A stretch of DNA of 64,000 bases from a virus (lineage: Duplodnaviria > Caudoviricetes), in IMG/VR virus record IMGVR_UViG_3300044614_001923, one strand, 5' to 3'. Below, piece by piece: positions 32,817 through 42,406 of this stretch (position 1 is the stretch's first letter; every line of letters begins with the position of its first letter). The notes beneath the pieces were generated by a model. The model was not told where the DNA came from. It was given only the letters and a program-made list of their open reading frames with translations, and made no database searches. The position numbers and the translations under genes are program-made.

Positions 32817-33296
32817 TCAGCGAGAGAATTCGGTAAGACCGTTATTTTGACGGGAATAGTGTCCATCAAAGTGGAGAAGGAGCATAGCATAGTGGATCAC
32901 TTTAAGCAAATCACGCTTATTACGTCCATCCTTATCGCCATAGCGACTGCCATACTTCAGGATATTTGCCTGACAGAAACCTGCTGCCAGTTTCTTTGCT
33001 GCCATCAGGTCAATAGTTTGAATGTCATCATAACCAGATTCATCACCACAATAATGACCGTGATAAGTGCTGGTTACATAATCCTGAATATCTTTCAGGA
33101 TTTTATCTTCGTTGTATTTCCAAAGATGATTTTTAGATTCACTCATAGTAAGTTTAATTTCGTCAACAGAATGAATAGAAGGAATTTTTGAAAGGTTTAG
33201 TGTTCCATCTCCACCCTCAGATAAGGTGAATTTGAAACTATCGGAATAAGGATACTCGTCCATAATAAAGGGAAGGTCATAGTTTACCTTCCCCAA
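32817..33296 (-). CDS. DUF3310-like hypothetical protein
   Basis: TYHGHY...QTIDLM...FCQANILKYGSRYGDKDG...DLLKVIHY. Confidence 0.7.
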   Translation of the reverse strand: MGKVNYDLPFIMDEYPYSDSFKFTLSEGGDGTLNLSKIPSIHSVDEIKLTMSESKNHLWKYNEDKILKDIQDYVTSTYHGHYCGDESGYDDIQTIDLMAAKKLAAGFCQANILKYGSRYGDKDGRNKRDLLKVIHYAMLLLHFDGHYSRQNNGLTEFSR

Positions 33297-33301
33297 TTAT
33301 A

Positions 33302-34420
33302 TCAGAACGGAGCGGGTTGGTCAACGTATTCTACGGTCAGTTCAGGTTGAGACGGCATTTGAAAATCGGCATCCACTTTGTCATAGAGTTCCAGGAAAGA
33401 CTGTTTGGTTTCGTCATCAAAGCGGTTCACGCACACTTGGATTGCCTTTGCCTTGTCTTGGAAGATGCTGTAAGCACGGATGATATGAACCAGACGGCGG
33501 GTGCTGATGATTTCTTCAATACCTCCATCATAGAAGGTCTTACGGATAATATCTGCCCAGTCAACCAGGCGCTTACAGAAATCGCGGTCTTCTACCTGCA
33601 GATCCAGAGCAACGCCTTCCAGGATCTTCTGCTCAGTAGCAGGGGCAGGATAGGACTGCTCAAAGGTCACAGGGAAACGCTCAAGGAATGCTTCATTGAG
33701 CACGTTGGTGCCAATAAAACGTCCATCATCAGAACCCTTACCCTTTGTGTTGGCGGTGGCGATTACATTGAAACCAGCAGCAGGTTTTACCCACCGACCA
33801 ATCTTCTTCAGGAAGACACCTTTTCCTTCAAGGATGGATTGGAGACACAGAATCTTGTTGCTAGCGAGGTCGATTTCATCAAGAAGCAGGATTGCTCCTC
33901 GCTCCAGTGCCTCAATGACGGGACCGTTGTGCCAAGCAGTATTCCCATCAACAAGGCGGAAACCCCCGATAAGGTCGTCTTCATCAGTTTCAATGGTAAT
34001 GTTTACACGGATTAGTTCACGCTTAAGTTGAGCACACGCTTGCTCCACACTGAACGTTTTACCATTACCCGACAGACCCGTAATGAACGTTGGATAAAAA
34101 AGACGGGACTGAATAATTTTTTTAATATCGTTAAAATTACCAAACTTGACGAAGGTATCATCTTTATCAGGAATGAGGTTTTGTTCCACAGCGGGGATGG
34201 CAGCAGGTGCTTGAAAAGTACGTTCGATTTCTTCTACTTTTTGTTGTGTCACTTCAAGATTCCATTTGCCACGAGAAGTTTTATATTGAGAAAGTTTGTT
34301 AGTCACCGTTTGATAATTAGTATCATTCATTGCACACCAAGCACGAATATCACCAGAAGTGACACTGTTGCCATAAAGTGCTTGAAGTGAAGTACGAATG
34401 TAATCGGTGGAGACGGACAT
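33302..34420 (-). CDS. cobS: CobS/MoxR-like AAA+ ATPase
   Basis: GLSGNGKT, LLDEID, ATANTKG, NEAFLERF. Confidence 0.9.
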   Translation of the reverse strand: MSVSTDYIRTSLQALYGNSVTSGDIRAWCAMNDTNYQTVTNKLSQYKTSRGKWNLEVTQQKVEEIERTFQAPAAIPAVEQNLIPDKDDTFVKFGNFNDIKKIIQSRLFYPTFITGLSGNGKTFSVEQACAQLKRELIRVNITIETDEDDLIGGFRLVDGNTAWHNGPVIEALERGAILLLDEIDLASNKILCLQSILEGKGVFLKKIGRWVKPAAGFNVIATANTKGKGSDDGRFIGTNVLNEAFLERFPVTFEQSYPAPATEQKILEGVALDLQVEDRDFCKRLVDWADIIRKTFYDGGIEEIISTRRLVHIIRAYSIFQDKAKAIQVCVNRFDDETKQSFLELYDKVDADFQMPSQPELTVEYVDQPAPF

Positions 34421-34448
34421 GATTAAGTGGTTTGTTTCAACTGAAGTT

Positions 34449-34507
34449 ATTATAGGGCAAAAAGAGGGGGGGTCTGAACCCCCCTGTGTCAGTTTGCCAA
34501 CTGGTTC
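34449..34507 (-). promoter_or_regulatory. Palindrome-type promoter: GAACCAGTT-N4-AACTGACAC, 31 nt upstream of TATAAT, with a terminator hairpin in the spacer
   Basis: Motif and spacing match 3132-3189 and 37576-37632. Confidence 0.6.
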
Positions 34508-34674
34508 TTAAGACTTTCAAAGTAATCTTTTTTGGCAATCTTTCCTTTATATCCAGGATAATATTTTTCAACAAGTTTAGGCAAACCCATTGCTGCAATA
34601 GATCCAATTTCAGTCACCCAAATTTCTTTGGTATCAAATTTAATAACATGCTCGTAAGGAAATTTAGTCTTCAT
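34489..34674 (-). CDS. Hypothetical protein
   Basis: MKTKFPYEHVIKFDTKEIWV... Confidence 0.65.
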   Translation of the reverse strand: MKTKFPYEHVIKFDTKEIWVTEIGSIAAMGLPKLVEKYYPGYKGKIAKKDYFESLKNQLAN

Positions 34675-35347
34675 AATTAATTTTATTTTCAATAATAGAA
34701 TGACATTCTACCATAAATTGATGAAATGTTTTACCTGAGTAATTAAAAGAATCGTTCAACTTTGCCATCTGAACGCCTGTTTTTGAATTTCTCTCCCCCA
34801 TTCCCAACTTTTTATAAATTCTACCTCTTTGTTCTGCCCCCTCCTCATCACTTCTCTTTCTTTTCTTTCCAGTAGAACTGATTGCAGTAGGAGTATTTGT
34901 AGCAACTCCTTTTTTCTCTTTCATCTTAGATGCAACATCCTTTAGAGCACCAACAAATGCTCTAGCTTTCTGTCCAGGTTCTTTAATGCTTCTTTTTGGA
35001 GAACCTACAGTAATATCATGAACCTCAGAATCTTTTTTAGCTCCAGTTTTATGAAACTGTTTTTTTAATTCTTTGGCATCAACTTTTTCACCCTCTTTAT
35101 GTTTTTGTTTTGCAGTATGAGCAGCATAATCTCCAGGAGACTTATGAGTTCTTACCCAAACAGGAACATCCTTTCCACTCTTTTCTACTTTTGGATCTTG
35201 AATGGGACCCTTTTTTCTAAATCCAGCTCTTGCAACATCTTTTCTTGCAGCACCTTCAGATCCAGGAATTGGCATAGTGCCAGATTTCCCAGATCCTTTC
35301 ATTTTCATTAATGTTCTCTCATCAAGGATTTCTTCCTGAAAGTGCAT
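34664..35347 (-). CDS. Lys-rich late protein; putative capsid-internal protein
   Basis: MHFQEEILDE N-terminus, C-terminal KTFHQFMVE; CTAAATA at 35368-35374. Confidence 0.7.
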   Translation of the reverse strand: MHFQEEILDERTLMKMKGSGKSGTMPIPGSEGAARKDVARAGFRKKGPIQDPKVEKSGKDVPVWVRTHKSPGDYAAHTAKQKHKEGEKVDAKELKKQFHKTGAKKDSEVHDITVGSPKRSIKEPGQKARAFVGALKDVASKMKEKKGVATNTPTAISSTGKKRKRSDEEGAEQRGRIYKKLGMGERNSKTGVQMAKLNDSFNYSGKTFHQFMVECHSIIENKINYED

Positions 35348-35370
35348 CTTTATAAGTTCTTTTTATGTAT

Positions 35371-37554
35371 TTAGACTACAAGAGAAATAAACTCTCCAAG
35401 AACTTTTTTGTTTAGTTTTTTAGTTTTGAGAGATTTTACAAAAGCAGACTTGATTTGCGCTTTGGTTGCACATTCATGAACATCAAACTCAGTATCCTGA
35501 GAAAGCGCAGTTGCAGACATTCCAAAGTAAGCATCATATCCAGATTTAGTAATAGTAAAACTCTTCAGTTTTTTCCAATCATTCTGAATTTTATCATATT
35601 CCTTACTATAGTTTTCATGATACATGTTTACAAAACGTCCGAAGTTACGACCTTCAAGAACACGAATCCCAATAAAATTCATAGAAGAAAACTTATCTTT
35701 CAAGTTCCGAAGAAGAACATCAGTAAAATTATGATATCCATAATCAAACATGTAAGTTGTTCCAATCTTTCGATCCCTAAGAAATGTATTCTGAGGATAG
35801 ACACTAGCAATGCCCAGATAAGGTTCTTTCTCCCAACGACGATTAACTTCCCTATGATAAGCAAGTTGATTTGCTTCACCATCAGTCAGAACAATACACT
35901 GAACCTTTTGCAGTTTATTTTCTTTCTGAAACTTAGGAAGAATTTGGTGAAGAGTGATTAGTGCTTCATTTAGTGGGGTTCCAGACAGACACAAACGATT
36001 AGGATATGTGTAAGGGCATCGATAGGTATCACTAAAGCAATAGGCAAGACGCCAAATATTAAGCATTTGATTTTCCAATTCTTTACCAGAAACTTTACTG
36101 GTAAGAATATTCATCATAGAAAATGTCTCATCTACACAAAGCAAACTTTCCCTTTTCTGATAATGGGGAGTACGATCTGCCGCAAAATACTTTCCAGTTT
36201 CATAATCATACTCACCACGCCTCCACTCATTAGTGAAAGCATAAACCTCAAAGGGAATGGAAACTTTCTTACAGAACCAAACAAGGTTGAAGAGTTGCTT
36301 ACAAGTATCAAGCATCACATCGGACATAGAACCGCTCCAATCCAATACAAACACAAGTCCATGATTCTTACCATCAGGAATCACAGAAACTTTCTTAAAA
36401 AGGTCCTCATTGTATTTGTATGTATGCAGGCGAGTAGTATCAAGAACACCTGTACGAGCAGTAGAGGAGCGGGCATACTGATCTGCTGCTTTACGGCACT
36501 CAAATTCTTTCACCAGATAATTGACTTCTTTCTGAGCAGAAGATTTAAATTTTTTAAATTCAATGTCAGTCTCTTTATAGAGATCTGTAGGAACAATTCC
36601 TCTTTCCTCTGCAGTATTATTTTGGATTTTTTGCTGATGAGCAAATGAGTCATTAATATCTTTATGAATATCAAAATTCATTCCAATAACCGTATCAAGA
36701 TTTACCTGAGGAACTTCCACATAAACATTATCATATCCACCCTCCTTTACAAGATCACGAATCTTATCTTGCAAAGAATCTGCGGTACGAACTTCTGGTT
36801 CATCCTCTTTACCTACAGAATTTACTTGAGTTTGATCACCATGAGCAGTTCCACCATAAGAAGTGTCAGATTCTAGAGGTTGAGAGTTGTCACTATTCCC
36901 CTCTTGCTCAGAAGAAGAGTCATTGCTCTCCACAGATTCATTTCCAGAAGACTCAGAATTTCCTTGAGTTTCTTGATAATCAAGGTCGGAAACTTTTTGT
37001 TGCTCCTGTTCTTTCTTACAGTACTTATAAAGTTCTTCTGCCGCAATCAGAGTATCTGCAAAAGTTTCAGACGCATCAATCAAATTAATGATTTCTTTCT
37101 CTTCTACATTAAAATTAAGAGGAATAAAATTCCCAATCTTAAAGTAAAGATTTACACGGTCGGCAAGATTAAAAGTAGAAATATTCTCATCAGCAATCTG
37201 AAAGAAATCATCTTCATTCAGTTCTTTATATCCATTGAAAAAAGTCTTTGCAAGACCAGCATATTTACGCTTCATCAGTTTCTCAATACGAGCATCCTCA
37301 ACAACGTTTACAAACTGTGCAGGAACTTTTACATTTTCCGTCCAGTCCTCATCGGGAGTGAAGAGTGCATGTCCAACCTCGTGACCCACCAGAAGGTCAT
37401 AGACGGTGTTGCTTGCCTTATCCCACATTGGCAGGGTCAGCACACGAGTATGAACGTTAAAGCAGGCAGTCTCCACCTTCTTGTGCTCAACCACAAGGTC
37501 TTCGGTGGCAAGAAGTTTAGCAAGTTGGGACTTGATTTCGTGGCGGACGGTCAT
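35371..37554 (-). CDS. CobT-like VWA-domain partner of the AAA ATPase, with an N-terminal HExxH domain
   Basis: LVGHEVGHAL, FVLDWSGSM MIDAS, LSGTPL, VLTDGE; ATG at 37554. Confidence 0.88.
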   Translation of the reverse strand: MTVRHEIKSQLAKLLATEDLVVEHKKVETACFNVHTRVLTLPMWDKASNTVYDLLVGHEVGHALFTPDEDWTENVKVPAQFVNVVEDARIEKLMKRKYAGLAKTFFNGYKELNEDDFFQIADENISTFNLADRVNLYFKIGNFIPLNFNVEEKEIINLIDASETFADTLIAAEELYKYCKKEQEQQKVSDLDYQETQGNSESSGNESVESNDSSSEQEGNSDNSQPLESDTSYGGTAHGDQTQVNSVGKEDEPEVRTADSLQDKIRDLVKEGGYDNVYVEVPQVNLDTVIGMNFDIHKDINDSFAHQQKIQNNTAEERGIVPTDLYKETDIEFKKFKSSAQKEVNYLVKEFECRKAADQYARSSTARTGVLDTTRLHTYKYNEDLFKKVSVIPDGKNHGLVFVLDWSGSMSDVMLDTCKQLFNLVWFCKKVSIPFEVYAFTNEWRRGEYDYETGKYFAADRTPHYQKRESLLCVDETFSMMNILTSKVSGKELENQMLNIWRLAYCFSDTYRCPYTYPNRLCLSGTPLNEALITLHQILPKFQKENKLQKVQCIVLTDGEANQLAYHREVNRRWEKEPYLGIASVYPQNTFLRDRKIGTTYMFDYGYHNFTDVLLRNLKDKFSSMNFIGIRVLEGRNFGRFVNMYHENYSKEYDKIQNDWKKLKSFTITKSGYDAYFGMSATALSQDTEFDVHECATKAQIKSAFVKSLKTKKLNKKVLGEFISLVV

Positions 37555-37575
37555 AGGTTTGATTCGTATGAACTC

Positions 37576-37632
37576 ATGATACAAAAAAAGAGGGTGGTTA
37601 AACCCTCTGATGTGCCAGTTTAAAAAGTGGAC
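37576..37632 (-). promoter_or_regulatory. Palindrome-type promoter: GTCCACTT-N4-AAACTGGCAC, 30 nt upstream of TATCAT, with a hairpin in the spacer
   Basis: Third copy of the motif and spacing. Confidence 0.6.
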
Positions 37633-38166
37633 TCAAACTCCTTTTACAGGCATTCCTGGTTTTGAAAGTATTTTATTATTAAGTTCTATCCCCTTTCTTT
37701 TCTGTGCATTTGTTTTTGGACCCTTATTAACAAACTTCTCAAAATCATCTAGAGGATCTTCAGCATTATATCCAAAAGTTGCATGTTTTTCAACAATACT
37801 CTGCTTCCACTCTCCACTCATATTTGCCATAATAGCAAGTGCTGCCTTGTTGGTATCTGCGTAACCTTCGGCAACTAGATGCTCAAGAATATGGTCGAAG
37901 AGGTCGGTTTCTACTTCTTCTTTGTTGAGTTCTGCAGCTCTCCTTTTTGCTTTGTTTCCTGCACCCCTATCTCTATTTGCTCCCTGAGTGTCTGCCCAAT
38001 AATCCTTATTTCTTCTATTCATTTCACCACCAACACTACGTTCTTCTGGAGGAGCACTTCTTCCACCACGTTTTCTCATTGATCCAAATTTAGGATCTAA
38101 TGCTTCATCAAGTTCACAAACCTGATTATAAGCTTCTTGAAGGGCACGAAGTTCTTGCGAGTTCAT
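37633..38166 (-). CDS. 177-aa modular late protein sharing modules with the 489-aa protein
   Basis: MNSQELRALQEAY, LDE|A, DLFDHILEHLVAEGYADT module; TATAAATA at 38186-38193. Confidence 0.78.
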   Translation of the reverse strand: MNSQELRALQEAYNQVCELDEALDPKFGSMRKRGGRSAPPEERSVGGEMNRRNKDYWADTQGANRDRGAGNKAKRRAAELNKEEVETDLFDHILEHLVAEGYADTNKAALAIMANMSGEWKQSIVEKHATFGYNAEDPLDDFEKFVNKGPKTNAQKRKGIELNNKILSKPGMPVKGV

Positions 38167-38180
38167 TTTACAACTACTTT

Positions 38181-38327
38181 TTAGATATTTATAAAATAAG
38201 AAGCGTCCCCGTGTTGGAGACGCTTCTTGAGTGCTTGGCGACGTGCCTTTGCTTGTCGGAGTGCTTGCGGTTTTAGTTTCCGCTTTTGCTCCTTCTTGGA
38301 ATGATGGTAGCGGTTGGGGACTTGCAT
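38181..38327 (-). CDS. 48-aa basic micro-protein MQVPNRYHHSKKEQKRKLKPQALRQAKARRQALKKRL... (not in the ORF track)
   Basis: Manual translation; coupled to the gp46 stop. Confidence 0.65.
   Translation of the reverse strand: MQVPNRYHHSKKEQKRKLKPQALRQAKARRQALKKRLQHGDASYFINI
38198..38228 (-). terminator. 10-bp stem hairpin, probable terminator
   Basis: AAGAAGCGTC / GACGCTTCTT followed by ATTTT. Confidence 0.6.
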
Positions 38328-40054
38328 TAGTCTTGTGCTGATGTGGACATCATACGTGAAAAACCTTTGACTTTCTCGAACCTTATGACACTTTCAAATT
38401 TGTCATGCAGTTCAGACTTATGAGAAATGACAAATATATTAGCATCCTTAATAACATAACGTATAATTTTAAGAAACTCTTCAGTTCCATATCCATCCAA
38501 AGAAGAATCAAAAACTTCATCCATAATCAAAAGATTTGTATTGGTTGAATTTTTAAACTTTGCAACTTCTCTCCAGGTAAAAAGAAGTGCTAAGTCAATT
38601 CTTTGCTTTTCTCCCTCACTAAAAGAACTATAAGAAAAGTCTTCATGAATTGGAGATTGAATGGTTTCGTTAAACTCTTCATCCAGAGTAAAGTTGATGT
38701 AAAAATCCATCATCTGAAGATATCTATTAACTTGTTTATTAATTAGTGGTAGATACTTTTTGATGATTTTTGTTTTTACTCCTCCATCTTTTAAAAGACT
38801 ATATGAAAAATCGTAGTAATTAATTAATTCTTTTTTTGATGCGAGATCATCAAATACTTTTTGAAGATCTTTTTTAAAGGATTCTAACTTCTCATGTTCA
38901 GAATTTCGGTTTGCAAGGTTCTCGGTAAGAACTTGAATTTCATGTTCAAGTTTTCGGATTTGTCTCTGTAATCCGTTAATCTTAATATTGTTTTGAGAAA
39001 TGCCATTCGTTAATTTTGAAATCTCCTTAGAAAGAGTAGTGAATTGACGCTCTCGCTCCTCTTCCTCTTTAATTGCCTCCTCCAGTTCTTTATAACCAGA
39101 TTGCAACTCCTTTGCTTTAGATTGAGCGTCGTTAATTCTATTTATTCTGAAAACCTCCTCGATAGACTGGGTACAGGTGGGGCATACCGTATTCTCAGTG
39201 AAGAACTTATGTTCTTTAGTAATTGTCGATACCTTCTGAGAGATTTTACCCTTTAGATTTCCCAACTTACGAAGTTTTTCTGCGTACCCAACCAGATTGT
39301 CTTGCTTTCTAATGTACTCACGAAGAGGTTCTTCTGTAGAAGAGTTTTCTTCAATCAAGTATTCAACTTCTTCCGACAAAGACTTGATAGAAACGTTTTT
39401 GTCGTCAATATCCTTCTTACCTCTATTTTCAAGTTCTTCAATAAAACTTTGCTGCATCTGAACTTTATCTTTTACCGACTCTTTCTTCAATTCAAATGTT
39501 CTAATCTCTTCCTTTGAAGACCGAATTTTTTCTTTGATAATGCTGTTCATTGAAGAAAAAATCTTAATATCTAAAAGATCTTCAATAACTTCTCTACGGT
39601 TTGATGCAGTAAGTTGCATGAAAGGAACAAAATTACTGCTGCCAAGAATTACAATCTGAGTAAATGACCTGTAATTCATTTTCAAAACAGTTTGTTCAAA
39701 CCATTTCTGCTGATCAACAGATGAAGCGTTTTGATCTATGAGAGAATCATTCTTGTATATCTCAAAAATATTTGGTTTGATTCCTCTACGTACTTTCCAT
39801 TTAGTTTTGCCAATTGTAAATTCAATTTCAACTAAGCAATCTTTTTCATTGGTAGAATTTACAAGTTGAGGTTTATTGATACCCCTAAAAGACTTACTAA
39901 AAAGAACGAATGTTAGTGCATCGAGAACAGTACTTTTTCCTGCTCCATTCGATCCGATAATTAAAGTAGTTGTATTTTTCTGAAAATTAACTTCTGTAAA
40001 TTGATTGCCAGTAGAAAGAAAATTTTTCCAACGAATTTTTTCAAATAAAATCAT
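38327..40054 (-). CDS. gp46: Recombination endonuclease subunit (SbcC/Rad50-like)
   Basis: GSNGAGKS, CPTC zinc hook, FSEGEKQRID, MDEVFD. Confidence 0.96.
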   Translation of the reverse strand: MILFEKIRWKNFLSTGNQFTEVNFQKNTTTLIIGSNGAGKSTVLDALTFVLFSKSFRGINKPQLVNSTNEKDCLVEIEFTIGKTKWKVRRGIKPNIFEIYKNDSLIDQNASSVDQQKWFEQTVLKMNYRSFTQIVILGSSNFVPFMQLTASNRREVIEDLLDIKIFSSMNSIIKEKIRSSKEEIRTFELKKESVKDKVQMQQSFIEELENRGKKDIDDKNVSIKSLSEEVEYLIEENSSTEEPLREYIRKQDNLVGYAEKLRKLGNLKGKISQKVSTITKEHKFFTENTVCPTCTQSIEEVFRINRINDAQSKAKELQSGYKELEEAIKEEEERERQFTTLSKEISKLTNGISQNNIKINGLQRQIRKLEHEIQVLTENLANRNSEHEKLESFKKDLQKVFDDLASKKELINYYDFSYSLLKDGGVKTKIIKKYLPLINKQVNRYLQMMDFYINFTLDEEFNETIQSPIHEDFSYSSFSEGEKQRIDLALLFTWREVAKFKNSTNTNLLIMDEVFDSSLDGYGTEEFLKIIRYVIKDANIFVISHKSELHDKFESVIRFEKVKGFSRMMSTSAQD

Positions 40055-40319
40055 GTTCTTCTATGTCATCAGGAGGTATAATAATATCGTCTGGAGTAAT
40101 TACGGCATATTGGTAATCATGAGATTCACATGCTTTAAGTATCAGATCATCATCAACTTCAATAACATGCATTTCTGGGTAACTTCTATCCTCAAGCATC
40201 ATTGCGAATCTTGCGGCGTCATCCTCTTCTTGGAAGATATAAAGAACTTGTTCTCCATCTTCATTGGTGACGGAATAAGCTCCCTCTTCTTCTTTACCAT
40301 CTACCGTAATTATAAACAT
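40041..40319 (-). CDS. Conserved cyanophage hypothetical protein
   Basis: MFIITVDGKEEEGAY...FQEEDDAARFAMML. Confidence 0.75.
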   Translation of the reverse strand: MFIITVDGKEEEGAYSVTNEDGEQVLYIFQEEDDAARFAMMLEDRSYPEMHVIEVDDDLILKACESHDYQYAVITPDDIIIPPDDIEEHDFI

Positions 40320-40321
40320 GT

Positions 40322-41356
40322 TTATACCATTTCGCAAGCTTCTTGATAAATTTCTCGAATAAGTCTTTGGACTATAGATTTGTCCAAATTAATTTCAGAC
40401 TCTGTAATATATCTATCTAGAATTGAAATGGTATTTTCGGATTCAAATGCTTCAAATTCTTCAGATTCTTGAATTTGGAAATTTTCAACTACTTTTAATT
40501 CGAAAACATTTGAAGAATATAATTTATCAATAAACTTTTCAAAATTTTTTTGACTTGTTTTCTTTCTTACAATAACTCTAACTATTTTATTTTCATATTC
40601 TCGTGCATCAAAAGTTTGATGGGGAGTATCTTCATAATAAATGTTATAAAACATTCTGTATGGATTATCAATTGAAACGTGATCTAAAGTTTCGGTATCA
40701 AATATTGTAAATCCTCTAGAATCATTAACATCATTCCAATATATTTCGTATGGATTACCTAGATAGAAAATTTTTCCATCATCCGATCTAGTGTGATAGT
40801 GTCCAGAGAAAACACGGTAGAACTTCTCAAATAATTTACTGTCCATACCATCTTCCATAATGTGCCCTTTATGAGCTCTAAATCCGTTGAGCTCAAGGTG
40901 CCCCATCACACACTTGCAAGTTGTATTTTTAACAAGTTTAGTAGTCTCTTCCTCATTCTCTTGATTAATCCATGGTAAAAGTAAAATATCTAACCCACCA
41001 ACATTAATTTGTGTTGCTTTATCATAAGTTTTAATATTATCAAATGATTTTAACAGAAGACTTGGAGAATTTACGTTGTTGGTATTCTTATAATAACAAT
41101 CATGATTTCCAACAATCATATGAACATCATATTTTTTGAGTGGTTCAAAAACTACACGCTTTGCCCACTCTAAACTTTGATAATCTATTGACTTGCGGCT
41201 ATCAAAAGCATCTCCCATGTGTATTACAGTAGTAATACCTTCTTTTTCTAATGTAGGAAAAAATACATTAGCGTAAAACTGCTCAAAATAGTCATGAAAA
41301 AGTTTTGATCCCTTTCTACAACCGTAGTGGGTATCTGTAATAATTGCGACTTTCAT
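40322..41356 (-). CDS. gp47: Recombination endonuclease subunit (Mre11/SbcD-like)
   Basis: ITDTH, HMGD, VGNHD, SGHYH metallophosphoesterase motifs. Confidence 0.96.
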   Translation of the reverse strand: MKVAIITDTHYGCRKGSKLFHDYFEQFYANVFFPTLEKEGITTVIHMGDAFDSRKSIDYQSLEWAKRVVFEPLKKYDVHMIVGNHDCYYKNTNNVNSPSLLLKSFDNIKTYDKATQINVGGLDILLLPWINQENEEETTKLVKNTTCKCVMGHLELNGFRAHKGHIMEDGMDSKLFEKFYRVFSGHYHTRSDDGKIFYLGNPYEIYWNDVNDSRGFTIFDTETLDHVSIDNPYRMFYNIYYEDTPHQTFDAREYENKIVRVIVRKKTSQKNFEKFIDKLYSSNVFELKVVENFQIQESEEFEAFESENTISILDRYITESEINLDKSIVQRLIREIYQEACEMV

Positions 41357-41896
41357 TCAGTAGCGAAGTTTGGTGTATACGTTATCCTTAATAGAATTAT
41401 ATTCGCTATGGGTCATTCCGTCAATACCACTGTCATCAAAGAAAACTTCATCATAACCCGTTCTTTCTAAGATTTTATTTTTAATCTCTAACTGCTTCTT
41501 TTCTCTTTGGATTCTCCTCAGAAATGCGTAGTGAATAATCTGAGTGAAATAAGCAAAAGGATTTTGTGATTTCTCGGGATTAAAATTGTGAATGTATTGA
41601 ACACAGTTTTCAATGCCATCGGAAATCATATCATCCTTAAACATGTAATTGACAAAATTTGGTTTAAATGATAGATGAGTTGCAATTTTTAAAAAACACT
41701 CTCCAATATAATTGGTAATTTGAGGTTTTGTATCCCAATGTTTGGAACGGTCATCTTTTGTAGGTATTCTACCATACTTTTGAATAAAGGTCCTTTCTAC
41801 CTCGCCATGATATGCGATTAGTGCCGCAAGAAAGTCCTTGTTATTTACATAGTGTTCTGATCTTCTTCTTTTAGTCATTACCGTCGTTGTTATCAT
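41357..41896 (-). CDS. gp55: Late-transcription sigma factor
   Basis: HYVNNKDF, PNFVNYMFKDDMISDGIENC, NPFAYFTQI. Confidence 0.95.
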   Translation of the reverse strand: MITTTVMTKRRRSEHYVNNKDFLAALIAYHGEVERTFIQKYGRIPTKDDRSKHWDTKPQITNYIGECFLKIATHLSFKPNFVNYMFKDDMISDGIENCVQYIHNFNPEKSQNPFAYFTQIIHYAFLRRIQREKKQLEIKNKILERTGYDEVFFDDSGIDGMTHSEYNSIKDNVYTKLRY

Positions 41897-42013
41897 TAGA
41901 ATACCTAATTTATTATGTAGATATTATAACATTTACAGTTGAAAATAACAACAACTTGACACTACCCTTCAAACTCCGTTATAATGTCTTTGTCAAAGAT
42001 GATAAGAATTATA

Positions 42014-42406
42014 TTAACTATTTTTATAGAGCTTTTCTAATAGCTCTTTAGCATCATTTACATTAGCAAGATATCCCATTTTCCTAGAGACAACAGTTTT
42101 GTTGCTTTTTATACTGTTTGTTTTTCTAACATAAGTTTGGTACATCATAATCATTTCAATATTTTTAGATTCGCTTACTGTAAGTACGTCATTCATATTG
42201 ATAATAAACATATCTTCTGATGATGTTTTTAACCATGGTTCAATCTTGTATCCAGCAACTCCTGATCTTCCTTTAATCTCACAAATGATTATTGGATTTG
42301 TGACTAAAAGCATAATTGAACCATTTTCAGTATTGGGAGCAATCTTTGCAAAGATTTCTTCTCCTGTTTTCAACTTGACTGTTGCATAGAAATCGTCTTC
42401 GATCAT
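42014..42406 (-). CDS. Small beta-barrel protein, possibly Sm-like
   Basis: VKLKTGEEIFA...VTNP...PW...IINMNDVLT pattern. Confidence 0.7.
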   Translation of the reverse strand: MIEDDFYATVKLKTGEEIFAKIAPNTENGSIMLLVTNPIIICEIKGRSGVAGYKIEPWLKTSSEDMFIINMNDVLTVSESKNIEMIMMYQTYVRKTNSIKSNKTVVSRKMGYLANVNDAKELLEKLYKNS

